Shown one piece after another: positions 26,498-40,503 of a stretch of 64,000 nt of DNA. The position numbers and the translations under genes are program-made. The notes beneath the pieces were generated by a model. That model ran no database searches. It had not been told where the DNA came from and saw only the letters and a list, made by a program, of their open reading frames with translations. Source of the DNA: Botryllus schlosseri (taxonomy: Eukaryota); contig CM119372.1 of assembly GCA_051294905.1 (NCBI GenBank), positions 37,016,001-37,080,000 of the forward strand. The letters are read 5' to 3'. Position 1 is the first letter of the stretch; each line of letters starts with the position of its first letter.

Positions 26498-27113
26498 TAG
26501 GGCTGTTCAAAAATAACTTTTTTTCTGGATTCGAGCCATTCAGTGATTAAATTGTCAGGTTACCCTAAAAAACGCTGCACACCAAATTTGGTTCAATTCC
26601 AACAAGTATAAAACTCCGCAGACCTAATTAAAAATTTTAATTTATTAGGGAAAATTGAAAAAAAAAAATTTCAAATTTTTTTGTCAACCTCATACAATTG
26701 TTGTGCTGTCTTCAGAGACGATGCAAAACAAATTTGACTCAATTCCAACTAGTAGAAGCGGAGTTATTGGAGTTTTTCGTTGATAATCCTCGAATTATCC
26801 ACTAATCAATGATAATCCGAGAATTATCAACGAAAAACTCAAATAACTCCACTTCTACTAATTGGAATTCACTCAAATTTGTTTTGTATCGTCTTTGAAG
26901 ACAGCTCAACTATTTTATGAGGTTGACAAAAAAATTTGAAAAATATTTTTTTCAACTTTCCCTAATAAATTAAAATTTTTAATTAGGTCTGCGGAATTTT
27001 ATACTTGTTGGAATTGAACCAAATTTGGTGTGCAGCGTTTTTTAGGGTAACCTGACAATTTAATCACTGAATGGCTGGAATCCGGGAAAAAAAGTTATTT
27101 TTGAACAGCCCTA
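26498..27113. mobile_element. Fully palindromic foldback MITE (TAGGG ends)
   Basis: Two ~300-bp arms are near-perfect reverse complements around ~26805. Perfect TSD CTAGACAC. Confidence 0.92.
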
Positions 27114-28271
27114 CTAGACACGAAACTGTAAACAATATGTGTGAAGGCCCCGGTACGCAGCAAATTCAAGTTTACCTTCGTGCAAAATAATCATCATCTC
27201 CCACATGTTGAATTGAAAGATATTTCCGCAATTACAGTATACTTGCACACTATGACAGGCGCAAGTACGGAAATCATGTTCTGTTAACCGATTAACTTGA
27301 TATGCCGTTCACAGGCGTCAATCAAATGTATGCATGATTTCCTGTATGCGGAGAAATTCAGGCCAAGCATGACGCTCAGCAGTAAGCTGTACTTAGAAAA
27401 TGATGAGTCGATAAAATCTATCACTCCATCGGATCAAACTAATTTAAACAAAATCATGATTATTGTTCGTGTTTATGAAGAGATTTTATAATATACACGA
27501 TGTGTTTGTAGTAAATATGTCATCACTGTCTGAATTTCATCATCGATTTTCAATCGAGATATCTTCTTATTTTCAGTATCGCTTACAGGCTTTAATACAC
27601 TACAGTCTGTTCCTTGAAACAATAAACAGTGATAAATTAGAATTCGGCATGACATCAGATGTACACCGCTTCGTACTGATCGCGTGTGCGCAGCTATTTT
27701 TGACGTCAATGCCTTGAAGACCAGAGGAGTGTAATGTAGTGCATGCGCTACTGTATGATGTTTAGTGACAGATATTATATTCAAAATTCTTATATATGCT
27801 CGCTCGTCTTTTCGAAATAAGAATTGTATCACAACGATGCCACGTTTATCGCTAAAACCGCAGCAGGCAAATAGAACTGAACTCCACGAATCACGATAAC
27901 TGGTGGGGCCGGAAAAATCGAGTCAAATCCGAATCAAATCAACTTCAAATCGGATAAATATATTTAATTAATATTATTAACAGCTGAAATTTATACTAAG
28001 GGTATAGAACTTCAAACCAGACATGGGGTAATCGTGATTAGTAATCACAAGTAGGCCTATTAGGTTTGTTCGTCAATGCATAACGAATTATCCACGCGTA
28101 GTAAATAGATTTTTAGTTCTTATTGACACACACTCATACATATGGTTTCTGATGCATACATTTTTAATACTCATACATGTGATTTTAATGCAACTCATAA
28201 ATATGATTTGTGATGACACGGCCGTCTTAGCCATTGTTGGCTGCAATCCAAATAAGGAGTCGACTCTAGAC

Positions 28272-29446
28272 CAGGGGTGGGCAAACTTTTGAGCTCGCGG
28301 GCCGCATTCGACATCTGAATCCATTCGCGGGCCGCACTATATAAAATGCGATTATAAACCAAAAAATGCAATATTGGTATTTGATTATATAGTGAGGACA
28401 TGGAGATAATATATGTGCTACAAAACAAACATTGCTTTGATGATATCGTACACGTGTCAGAAAGATAGTGGCGAGATTTCATAGGCTGGTCGACCTCAAT
28501 AACCAATTTGTTAAAACTATAGAGATGAAAGTCGGTTGTCCCGATTCTTAGAACAGTATTGAAATTTAAATCGGTGAGCAGCGATCTGTTCATAGATTTA
28601 CTAATTCCACTTTTGGTTCAGTTCCAGGACACACAATGCTCACAGAATCCAGGGATATATCCCTGACAGAATCATAACCCTGTCAGCTTCAAACACGCTT
28701 CTACTATGTGTAGATAAAATAAAAATGCCCCAATTCTACGCATAAAGAGAACGAATCTACCTAAGACACGCGCGAATCGGTTTTTATAAGCACATCACTG
28801 AAATAATTAAAACTGGAGTGGTCAATCTGAAATCACACTCGCGATCCGAATTATGTCAATCTCGTTTAGGATTTCTGTGATGCTTAGCAGTTGAAACGTG
28901 TCAAACTGTGTGGGCCTTGCGATCGGGCTGCCGCCCCAGTAATTAAACATAAAAAATAAAATAGGAAGTATTTTCCTTAGAACAGTGGCTCTCAAACTTT
29001 TTAAGACACGCTCACCCTCTTATGATGGTGGAAGATTTCGCACCCCCTTATCGTCATATCACAAAACGCAACCAGGTTGTTAGCAACCTAACGGATAGTT
29101 TGATGGCATGGAAGGTTACGACTATGGATGAGAGGTTTTTAAATGTGACATTCAGACTAAATACAGAGCAACAATTACGGAACTGTTGGTAAAAATTTTT
29201 TTTTACTTGAGCTCAGCTTCGCGCCCCACTTCTGATACTTTCACGCACCCCCAGTTTGAGAACCACTGTCTTAGAATATCATGGTGAAATATACCAAGAA
29301 ATAGTTTAATCAAGTCCCTGCATTATTTGGATTTTTTGTACGCATTTTATCAATCTTTTTAAAAAGTTTCTTTAGACTCTCGCGGGCCGCACAGAACGGT
29401 GTGGCGGGCCGCATGCGGCCCGCGGGCCGTAGTTTGCCCACCCCTG
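28272..29446. mobile_element. hAT MITE
   Basis: TIR CAGGGGTGGGCAAACT / AGTTTGCCCACCCCTG. Perfect TSD CTCTAGAC. Confidence 0.92.
28983..29268. mobile_element. Small hAT MITE nested in 28272-29446
   Basis: TIR CAGTGGCTCTCAAACT / AGTTTGAGAACCACTG. TSD CCTTAGAA/TCTTAGAA. Confidence 0.85.
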
Positions 29447-29754
29447 CTCTAGACTGTTGTGGTGGCACGCCGTATGAAGTGGAACACGCAGGAGAGGTTG
29501 GGGTTCGACTTCAAAACCCTGTTCTTTTGAAATGCCCATCCTATCTGTACTACTAAAATCTCGTTTGTTATTAAGCAATTGGTGTCACGCTGTTGCGCTT
29601 CGACCGAACAATAGCCTACACACTTTCAAGACGAAGCTTCGCATTTATGAACCGGTATCTGAAAGGAAGCAGCAGACGTCAAACATATTTGCAATAAATG
29701 TTTATTCAAATATTTTGCTTTCAGTGGAAATCATATTTTAATGGTTCTTTTAAC

Positions 29755-31315
29755 CAGAGGTGGTCAGTAACGAAGTACTTCTACTTTTTCGAAGTACTCA
29801 AGTAGTTTTCCTCTACTTCTGGTACTTACTCAAGTATATCTGAATTTCACTACTTCTACTTCTACTTCATAATATTTAATGATCTACTTACTTACTTTTC
29901 ATTATTTTCAGTTTATCAAGTGGAAGTAGTTTCATCCTCCAATCAAGAAGAAAGCCTGAGAAATTTCGGAACTGTTTTCACGGAGTATCGACATTTAATT
30001 TTCATCAAAGTTGAGTTAAGCCCAGTATTTTCGTCGCGCTTCGCGCGCAGTGAATGCAGAGTATCCAGTATTATTATTATTATTATAACAAACATGAGTG
30101 GTGCTTTTCGCCATTTATGGCCTTGTGCGCCACGGTCGTCAGGAAATTCAAATCAAGCAGTAACTAAATGAACTTATTACAACATATCACGAACTCGGCG
30201 ACGGCGGTGGACAATTGCGATGACGAGAGTAGGTTGCGTATGGTGAACGGTACATGTAACTGATGGCAATAGGTTATTAAAAATGATTGATGAAAGTCGT
30301 ATTTAATGCACGATATCAAAAAGTGTTTGACTGTATCCAGTATGATATCACGAAAGCATCGGTGAATATAATTTGGGTAGCGGGTTGGCGTGGTTCCGTT
30401 CACACCGCATTGTCGCCCTTCGCCATATCAAATATTTCACCACAGTATATATAGCTTATCATAACGTTTGAAACTGATGTTTCGCAATCTAGCATTTACT
30501 TATCATACCGTAATCTAGCTGTCCATGGCGTGTCCTAATCTGGAAAAGTGGACTCTGACTTTTTTTTATAGTTTTAGAGCTGTTTTAGCATACCAACCTT
30601 CGAAACTTTTTGGACTAAAGACATAAATATATGTTCCGTTTTTAGATTTATCTTTCACTTTCAATTCCCAGTGCCATATATTTTGATTTCTAATTAATAT
30701 CAGTTCTTTTTTCTGGATAACGTACATCTTGAAGTATAAAAACAAGTGTAGTATTGCCTTCAATTTCCAGAAATAAAGCAACACAATGTAGCATTTTTAC
30801 GGTCCACCATATTTTTTATTAACGTTTACTAATCGCACAAAGTGTTTACACCGCACCCAACACAACATCTCCGTATTGCTCTTCGACTAAACTACAGGCC
30901 TTTTAATATGGGGGAGTGCGCAATACCATGATATTTTCTAAAACGTGCTGTTTGAGTAAACAGAGGATTAGTATCGCATTTCCATTTCAATACTATCATT
31001 TTCATCCCATGATGTGAACGATGCTTATGCTATCGAAAATTGGATACCTGCTGGTATGCATCAATATGAATCGAGCTCGTCACCTTTCGCATAGCTCAAT
31101 TTGCACCTTTTTAAAATCCATGTGAACGAATTAGGATCGTTTTCACAACTACTTACTTACTTGAGTACTTTTAAAGTCCGTCAATTCTACTTCTACTTCA
31201 AGTAGTTTTAGGTTGCTCATGGAAGAAGTACTTCTACTCGTACTTGAGTAGATTTTTTTCGTCGCTACTTTTACTTCTACTTGAGTAGCTTTCTTGACTA
31301 CTTTGACCACCTCTG
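29755..31315. mobile_element. hAT MITE with AGTAG arrays (inverted sister of 5240-6525)
   Basis: TIR CAGAGGTGGTCA / TGACCACCTCTG. Perfect TSD CTTTTAAC. Confidence 0.92.
30072..30332 (-). mobile_element. Short retroposed insert (LINE/SINE 3' end) with a (TAA)n tail
   Basis: Absent from the sister MITE. Flanked by the 11-bp direct repeat GTATCCAGTAT (30061-30071 and 30333-30343). (TTA)n tract at the left end. Confidence 0.75.
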
Positions 31316-32130
31316 CTTTTAACACTCTGTTGGTTCACAGTTAATTTTGTGCCCCAGGAAATTTATAGTATTTTAAGAGCTTTTTGAAGGTACAGAACTT
31401 TACTATACAATTGAATAATGTGTCCTTATATTGTCGGCTGACAATCGTCAGGGGTAATCGTCAGCAACTAGTAGATAATTAGAAGTAACATTGTATATCA
31501 AAAACCGTGTCACAGAATATGACGTCGCCGTAAATAATTTCCAATAATCCACTCGAAGAAATCGCTTACTGAACTATTTTAGATGGTATACGAGCTCCTT
31601 CTGCTGGTACAAACTAGGTTGGCATATTTTTATAAAATTCGACTCCGAGGCACACAAATGAAAGTGTGAACGGCCTCTCTCGACGACGCGAAATCTGTCG
31701 TCTCGATACTTTTTCGCTCAAACAGAATTATCTAATAAATATTTGCCAATAAGAGAATTCATGGCCTTTGCCTTTTCTGATTCAACCTTCAGGGATGAGC
31801 TTTTCTCCGAGCGTGGTGCGCGTGTTCTAATGAATCTAGGGATATGCCGTCATTCAAACGGTGTGTCGTATTTATATTTGCTTGAACCATTGACAAACAT
31901 TTCAGAGTGCTACCAGTCATACCGTAAAGTGAATTGATGACTTATGTCCGGAAAAATCCGTGAAAATATCCGAATCATATCCAGACCAAATGCGATCCGA
32001 GTCCGTCCAATGCTCATCACTGGAAGTAATCACGCCAGATCTGCTTCAAACAATCATTATATTGTACGTACGTATGTACAGTGCCGACATAATTGTTCGT
32101 ATATTTCCTGGCATTCGCCATGGCGTAAAG

Positions 32131-33324
32131 CAGAGGTCTCAAACACGCGGCCCGCGACGGCATTTTGAAATTTCAAGTATTCACAAAATATTCAAGTGCT
32201 GTATATCTTTTTCAGATACAAGAACCAGAAGTTCACCCTTAAACTACTGTAAAAATCACTGAAATCTCAACAAACTTCACTATCACATCACTTTTAAAAG
32301 CTACCATGCGGTAGAAGTTCAGCTATTACGTCACATTTCTAGTTCATGATGATAAAACATTACCCCTTGATGATTCCTGACTGAAAATTGTGATTTGGTT
32401 TGGTGCGACCTTTCGTAAAATTATACTCACTATCAGATTGACTGGGGGAATAAATAAAAACGACTCGAGTTGAGTTGGGTTAAGCGTTAAAATCAGAGAA
32501 GGACTTGCGACTCGCAACGGGGACTTGGTAATCCTATGGACGCAACAATGTATAAAACTGTCATGGGGAATAGTAATACATCAAAAGGTCGTAGCTTGCG
32601 TTGCGTAGGGTATATAGATAGCTATCTAATCAAGCCAGTCTGGCAACCATTGGCATTCCGTGACCCCCCGTAACGTATAGTTGGTTACATGCTGGGTGTT
32701 TTTGATCTCTTTGTCTATGTTATTATCGGTGGCGAGTAAGATAGTAGTACGCTCCACAGTTGTAACACCAATGCATTCTTTGGTGATTGGACATTTCTGT
32801 TCCAGGGGTTCTTAACCAGGGTCCGTAGACCCCATCGGGGCACGAAGAACCACATCAGAGGGTACGAGATGCATTGTGGAATTAGGCCTATATGCTGTGG
32901 AATGTTATCTTGGCCAATTTATTCTGATATCAGATCAATTTTCAGTAGATTTAAAAATATTCTACATAAAATCGTGGCACGTCAAAGGTCCAATAGCTGC
33001 AATATTATTACCCGACAGTTTTACGATGTCATGATCAATCGCCTCACATGATGTCTATAACTCATTATTTTAACAAATTATGCCCGGCACAAAAACAATT
33101 TTATTCAAATATTTGAAAATGTGATTTTTTCTGTATCAAGCGTGAATAGTACAATTGTGAATTACATTTCCACGATATTTGTGGAATGCCTGTCTGCAAG
33201 ATCCCGTTAAATAAGGCCTACTTGGAAATCATACATTGAATATCCATATTATTGATGCTGCGGCTCGCGGCGTCATCAATAGTAGGAAATTGACCCGCGA
33301 GCATATTTGAGTTTGAGGCCTCTG
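32131..33324. mobile_element. hAT MITE
   Basis: TIR CAGAGGTCTCAAAC / GTTTGAGGCCTCTG. Perfect TSD GCGTAAAG. Confidence 0.88.
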
Positions 33325-34210
33325 GCGTAAAGTTTTAGAGGATATCGAACCTCCTGACGAAGGACTTGTACTTTTCTGGAGTAGTGAAGTATGTTTTGTC
33401 TATTTCATTACTTAACCAAGTGGTTAAGATTGCACACTACTTCCACTTCTATAGTTAACTGTTTTGACGCGAAGCTAATCACTTCGACACACTTAAATAC
33501 TTAAAAGCACTTTACACTTTGGCTATAGAGAAGAATAAATTGGCTCTTGTATGCAATGAAACTATTAAAACCGGTAAACTAGCCCATGCACCATTGTGAC
33601 AGTACTTGTTTTCCTAAGTCTTCATATTAGTAGTGTCATCAATCACTTTGTTTTGTCGCGATGATTCTTCTGATTCCTCTGTTCTATTACTGAAAATATA
33701 CAACACCTCAACCAAAATTACCTTAGTCTTAGTCATATTCATATTCGTCATATTATATTTACGTCTGAACAAGACACTCACTATGTACAATGCGATAAGA
33801 CACAATGCAATGTAATGCACAGATAGTAAAATGCCGAACGACCAGTTGAGGTTACAGTTGCGGACTCCTAAACTGGCATCCACCTTGGCCTGGTGCCCGA
33901 TGTCACAGTTCCTTTTCTTCGATGTTGGTCTCTATTCCACGGCTCTTTCTTGCTCTTTCCATTTTTTGTGGGTGCGATCTTTCATCGGGTCTTTTTCTGT
34001 TTGTTTGTTTTTTGCCGTAAGAACAGCGATGCAGGGGAATCGCCTGTGGGGGGGGGGGTAGGTGCTTATCGTCACCACTACGGCTATCTCCTCCGCTTAG
34101 TACTGTTCAGCGAAGCGGTCTTTCATATCTGATTTGCCCAATGACATGACGGTTCCCGCAATATGGCTGAACCAGTCGATTGGCTTCGTTACATCTGATA
34201 CCACATATAT

Positions 34211-35055
34211 GAGGAGTGGCCAACCTTTTCGCTATTCACGGCCGTATTTTAATTACTTATGTAGCCTATGGCCGCATTCCAGGACATAGTCGTAATGAAC
34301 TGACTGGACTCCGAATACCCGTGTTAAAATGTCCATGTCCGTTTCTCCGACTTCGGACTCATCTACTTTTTCATATCGGCCAACTATACGCACCGTAATG
34401 GCGAGTGGTCACTGGTCATGTTATAAATAGCTATACGAGAGCGCCCGACGCTCGCGCCGAGCGCGTAATTTCTTGCAGATTGACGATAAAATTTCGTCAT
34501 TAATATTATAGTAGTGTCACATATCAAATATTCATCCTTTCTCAGCCCATGTTATTGGATTCACGGTTAGAGTTTATGGAAGGGGTGGTTTGGATAATTT
34601 AGGGCTCGTTATAAATGATGATGCATCTTCGGGTTGACCAATTGTTATTAGTCACTTTGTTGCGTGCTGTTATTTCTTGACCTCCCTTCGGGATTGTCAG
34701 TATAGTGAAAAGATATTGGAATCGCCCAAACGTACCAGAAACAAATTTCTTTCGTGAGGAGCACACGATTCCAAGATGGTATTTCTACATGGGGCGCATC
34801 ATTTTCCTCTGCTGTTGGCATCTGTACTGTGAGGCTCTGATTTCAGAGAGCATACCATATTAAAATAGAGAAATGAAGACGCTTTGAATCGCGCCCGGCG
34901 CGAAGAAAATTTCAAAATTAATTGAAATCATTCAAAAATCCGGTAGTCAATTATTAAACGCAATTTGCATGCCGACGGCTGTCAACACATATTAATTGAG
35001 TTGCGGTCGACGGCCGCACAAATTTCGTTCTATGGTCCCAGGTTGGCCACCACTG
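34211..35055. mobile_element. Degenerate hAT MITE
   Basis: Ends GAGGAGTGGCCAACC / GGTTGGCCACCACTG. AT-rich, imperfect TSD. CGGCCGC subterminal motifs. Confidence 0.7.
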
Positions 35056-38000
35056 ATATATAGCATCCGAATCCTTCGACATTATATATTTCTAATCAGC
35101 GATTATATTACCAATTTTAAGTGATGACATTACTCTTTAAAGTCTGTATACGCACCATGTTTTTTCGATGGTCAGCTATCTTTAATTTAGGTTGGTTTTG
35201 TGGTGTGTCAAGTAGAAAAGTTCTTGATATGAAGATCCTTATTAGGTGATTTCCTGTCACAGAATTGCATTGCATATATTTTGGTATACTTTGTAATTGA
35301 TTAAATATAGCATGATTATAATTATTGTGGAATTAAACGAGGATTTCCAATTGGGAGGCATGACCACAGGTGCCTAACCCGAAATACCGCAACGTACACG
35401 ATAATTCCTTGCTTCAGGTGAATCCTATAGTTAGGAGAATTTTACATCGAACGCAAGCTTAGGCGGCATGTCAAATTTAGAAATGGCGACATTCCAATTG
35501 TTTTATGAATCCATCGAATTGCGTTGGAAAAACGGTAAATTTCCAAACCGCTTTTGTGCTGGATTATCATCGATTTCCATATATCGATGACGAATATTTT
35601 GGTCAGATTTCTCATTCGTAGCTCTGTAGGGAAATTAACAGTGTCCGGGACGTTTTGCAGCTTAATGGCCGTCGTCGGCTACTTGTCAAGGAAATTAGGA
35701 ATTATGTTTGGCGAATGGAATGCAACAACCCAAGCAGCCAAACATTCGTTTACGCAAATGTAATCCAGTTCTTTTAAACATTTAATAGGCCTACCTCTTG
35801 CACGCCTGACTAACAACGATATGCGAGGGCGTATAGCCAAGAAGGGATTAGGTAAATCTGACGGGTTCAGGAAATATAAAGTAACGACTATATATCACGT
35901 TGTCGATCTTATCTCCGAATTCAAATGACGTCGCGCTGATCACAATCACAATGTTATCACGCGTCCGCTGTGTTAGGACAATACACAGAAGCTTTTGCGG
36001 CTATGTAAAAACGTATTATTCTGGTCCAATCACGTGTAATTTGCAGAGTGCATCGCTCTGATAAGCGGGAAATCGTGTCACTATCAACGGGCTTAGAAGT
36101 CACTAAACCGACAATAAATGCTTCAACTAACCAATATTTGTATTAATTCCCACAAGTATGCCGGAACGAATTTTATCAGAAGCCAACGACAGTTAAAAAG
36201 TGCGATGTGAAATTTCAAACTCGAGAAGTATCAATTTTGACGTGAAATACTACAAAATCAGTTTAATTATTGTACTGATCAAACAGATTTAAAAAGAGGC
36301 TACAATTCAAGTACGTCGTTCAGAGCCATTATACGTCGATTGTACCGCACTCCAATGAGCCGTCGGAACTGTAGAGTCAAGAGTCCGTATTTGGTTTGCG
36401 TGCATGGAGAGTGTCTTGATTCCTTACATAATTTTAATGTGTTCACAGATAACCACACGATTGCCACTTTATAATAGATTATCGAATGACGTGACACCGA
36501 TCAAAATTCAGATCAAACTCCATTGCGTGTAAATGTGAATGGTGTCCGAATGTAGTCATTTACTTACATGCTGATGCTGATAGCCGAATAATGAATATTC
36601 CTGTTTGGATTAGGCTGTATCCGTATTGGTTGAAGCAGCATGGTTCATCGTGTACAATAATTTTCAAGTTTTAAAACCAGCATTCCCGGTGGTGAGTATA
36701 CCCGATAAGGCGTGGTGTTACATGATTGCAACACCAGCAAGTTGCTAGTTCGATTCTAACAACTGTCGATTCCAGGATGTCTTCGTATTGGAAATTTATC
36801 TTTAGGTTCCTGCTCGCCCCCAATGTCCATAAGCGGTAACTTACAAAAAGTATAGCACGGAAATTGGACAGAGCCATAAGTTGGCATCTCAGGAATCTTT
36901 AATAAGCAATATCGTGATTGGTGTACACCGTAAAGTAACCATATATACCGATAACATGAATCAATACTATACAAAAAAAACACTCACTTATACAATGTGA
37001 GGTATAGCGACTCGCTACTGACCTACTGTCGAACTGACTTCAGAATTAGAACACAGCTGATCTTCAGCTGATCCAATCGACATCGTCACCTGCGATTCAG
37101 AAAATAATATCGATTTTATGAACAGATAACAATGAATTCAAAATATTGTGACTTTTGTATTAGCGGTCACTTGGTTGGTATTTTATGATGAGTTTCAAGT
37201 AAGGATCAATTTTGTTGTTTGTCTATAAAGCCCGAGTGAAATGATAAAAGAACATATATGTAGTTGTTTTCTGTGATCGGTACAAAACAAAGATATATAC
37301 AAAACACAAAATTAGTCATACGCATACGACAAAGGAAGTATATTAACTGCAATAGACAAGCCGTACCAAAGATGTACTAGGATTTCTGTAACTGGCCACG
37401 GGCCTTGCCATACTGCGCAAAATCCGTAATCATACAGTTTTCTTGGGATGCCTCCAACATTGATTAAAATTATAGGTATGTACATGGGGATAGTGATACT
37501 ATACAAGGTTGTCACCTGGGAATTGCATGACGCGACACATTTCAAAGTCATTATTGATTATGACAAGCTACTGGCACGCCGCTGCAGATCAAATGAATTT
37601 ACGTCAGGAGTCGGAACAATGACATTGTGCTGCGTAATTACAATAACACGGGAAGGGACTATATCTATATTCTATATCGGGATGTGACGCTCTAAATTTC
37701 CGGGAAATTATCTGATATATTCATAAAATATCAAGTCGAAACTATTCACTCGATCAAACTGTCGATATATATATTGACAGACATGTCGAATCCGCGACAA
37801 CATATGTTTCATACGACGCCTGCGAATGTAGTATTGTCGGAAATATACATGCAGGGCTGTTAGTTATTCCGGGAAGCGTTCGGGAATGACTTAGAATAAA
37901 ATGACAAGAGTAGATTCTCACGGAAAACTACTGCGCCTAAATTCAGAGGAGAGGGTGCTCTGCACGAGTAAATCATATGCTTCATCTACTACATATTTAT

Positions 38001-40503
38001 CTAATGCCTTTTCCAGACGCTACAAGTTATCTTGAATCTTACGTGTAAGTTATTTTAAGCGTGTGCTGAATTAATCCTTTGCGACAATAAATTGGAGGGA
38101 TTCAATTTTAGTTTTACAGTCTCATCAAAGTTGTTGCCGGGAGAAGGCGACCATCTATAAAATGCTTTGGTCGAAGCTCGTGTCAACGCAGAGCTACGTT
38201 AGTTCAATAGATAACGGCTGATGGCTAGGGGTTGATACCTTCAATGATCGGAAAAACCGGTGGTCGTGTATCTCAGGAATTATACCAGTTGGAATCTCAA
38301 ATTTGCTGTCATGCCCTGGTCACTTAGTAAGTATGCGTACAGTTCATGCAAAGGTTATGGAGATAACTCATCAGTAGCGCCTTGCGTTTCCTAACATAGC
38401 AAGTCACGCGTCGTGACTCATCATTTTCGAATCGATCATTGTGTAATTAACCTCTAGTATCGGGGATATTTCTACATTAACTATAGCAACAATGCGTGAT
38501 TACTATTTTTCTGAACACCTATTTTATGAGTGCGCGCACATTCCACTACACGGCTATGTGGACTGTGATTGATCCACTCAGTAAGTACAAGAAATACTGT
38601 TACTGTATACGCAAATTACAATAACACGTTATCATGACTGGCATGCTTGTTTGAATCTACATATCTCCTCGAAGCGGGCGTTATTTCGTATCTTCACAAT
38701 TTAACGTACGTCCAATAGGTTAACTGGCCATACAGGTTCGCTTCAGTGTATGTCTTAAGATCGAGGAATGGCTGTCAAGTGTTCTAACGCGTACCCAGTT
38801 CAAGTTTGACAAGCCACGTAATAATAATGACTATGCCCAAATATAAACCATGTAATTATACCATCCAAAATTCCCTTTCCCGAGTACTTTCTTAGTAATC
38901 GCTTAGTGTCAAATCGACTGCAGTTCTAATTGACAATTAAGTGGGTGCAAATTAATATCCTGAGTACAGCTGGCGCATCATTCATTAACGTATTGGATTT
39001 GGAGCGTCTTTACATCACCTTGTGAAGTTACCGATTATGGTCACATTATCAGCTGAAATGATCTAGCACAGATCTTTCGTCAGTATGAATGATGTAGCAA
39101 TTCTACGTCGTAATACAAAATAAGGTAAATCTTCCTTAAATCTCACCGCGAATCGAACCGCAGCGTGAGAAGAAAGAGATAATGATTTACTCGAATATTT
39201 ATTCTTTGGTGTCATGGCCCGCTTTCCTTTTTTCAAAATCAGTTTGCAGGAATCAGGATTCATGTTGACATCTCATTCAGCTGTAGTGTAAAACCTTTTA
39301 GCACTGTGATCAGGTCAACCAAATGAAAATAATCTGTTTGAATTACTGATAATAAAGCTGCGGTATCATGTCGGAATTATGTTTTACCTGATGTTGTTGT
39401 TTGTGGTATTCGTGGTGTTTGTCGACTACTATGGGCATGGACATTTATACCAGGCCAATTTTTGTCATTTTTATTCCGTAGCTGTCGACTTGTAGGCCAG
39501 GCCATTGCTAGGCTTTTATAGGAAACCGCTTACACGGATGAGATGGCAATGAGGAACCGAGATAAACCTCCCACTTCGTGGTATCAAACTATGAGATGAG
39601 GTTAGATGCAGTGTTGATCATCTTACGGATTCTATGTTTGAGAATCGTACTCAAAACTCCAAATATATATTATGTTATAAGCAGTCATATTGTACAACAT
39701 CATTCTATCCATAGCTGCTATACCGGAGTATAGCAATCGGTAAAAGATGAGAAACTCTCAAAACTACTCCATCGAGTTTATCATGTGCATAGTTTTAGGT
39801 GTAAGTAGGAAGCAAATTTGGAATGAGTGAATTTCTTTACCAATGACGTGACATCACAGATTACCTGTGACGTAGTGAATATGGACGACGCCACGATCTT
39901 CGTTCTTCGAGTAGAAACATTGGGATGGGCATTAGGGAATTTCATCCCTTCTGGTTACGTCAATGTGCAAGTGTGCATAAATGCAATTTTACTAATTTTT
40001 GCATGTATAATTTCCGTGAGGTAATAGTTTCATGCTATCACGTCAGTCGAACATCACAAACATGATAAATTTCTCACTTACCTATAATATCGAGAATAGA
40101 TTTGTACTCGAAAAGAAATTCTAAAATTTTGAATCTCCGCTGTGTAGCAAGATCATCAAAATTCGGAATCAAAATTCGGAATCCAATTTTATATTGACAT
40201 TGCCAGGAATTAAATTCACTTGAATTGTTGAAATTCCGGCTTTTCTCATGTCAATGCAATAACCTTGACCGGTGACCTGATAATTAGAAGTAAATATTTA
40301 CCCATTCAATAATTTACGTTATTTTAGTATTTTAGAATCAGGATATTATCGAATTCGGATTACAAAATTATATCAATCGTTCCTACCGATCGAATATTGA
40401 AATTACAACGTGAGCCGAAATCTCTGCGTGATAATCGTTTTGTGTATGAATCGTAACCTGCATAGAATTGCAATTTTAGATGTCGTCTATAATTACCGGC
40501 AAA

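Noticed and set aside
33614..33883. Minus-strand ORF with a hydrophobic segment and an AAG|GTAATT donor
   Set aside because: The hydrophobic segment has no ATG upstream of it in frame (GTG start), the acceptor is weak, and no homology or partner exons are recognisable.
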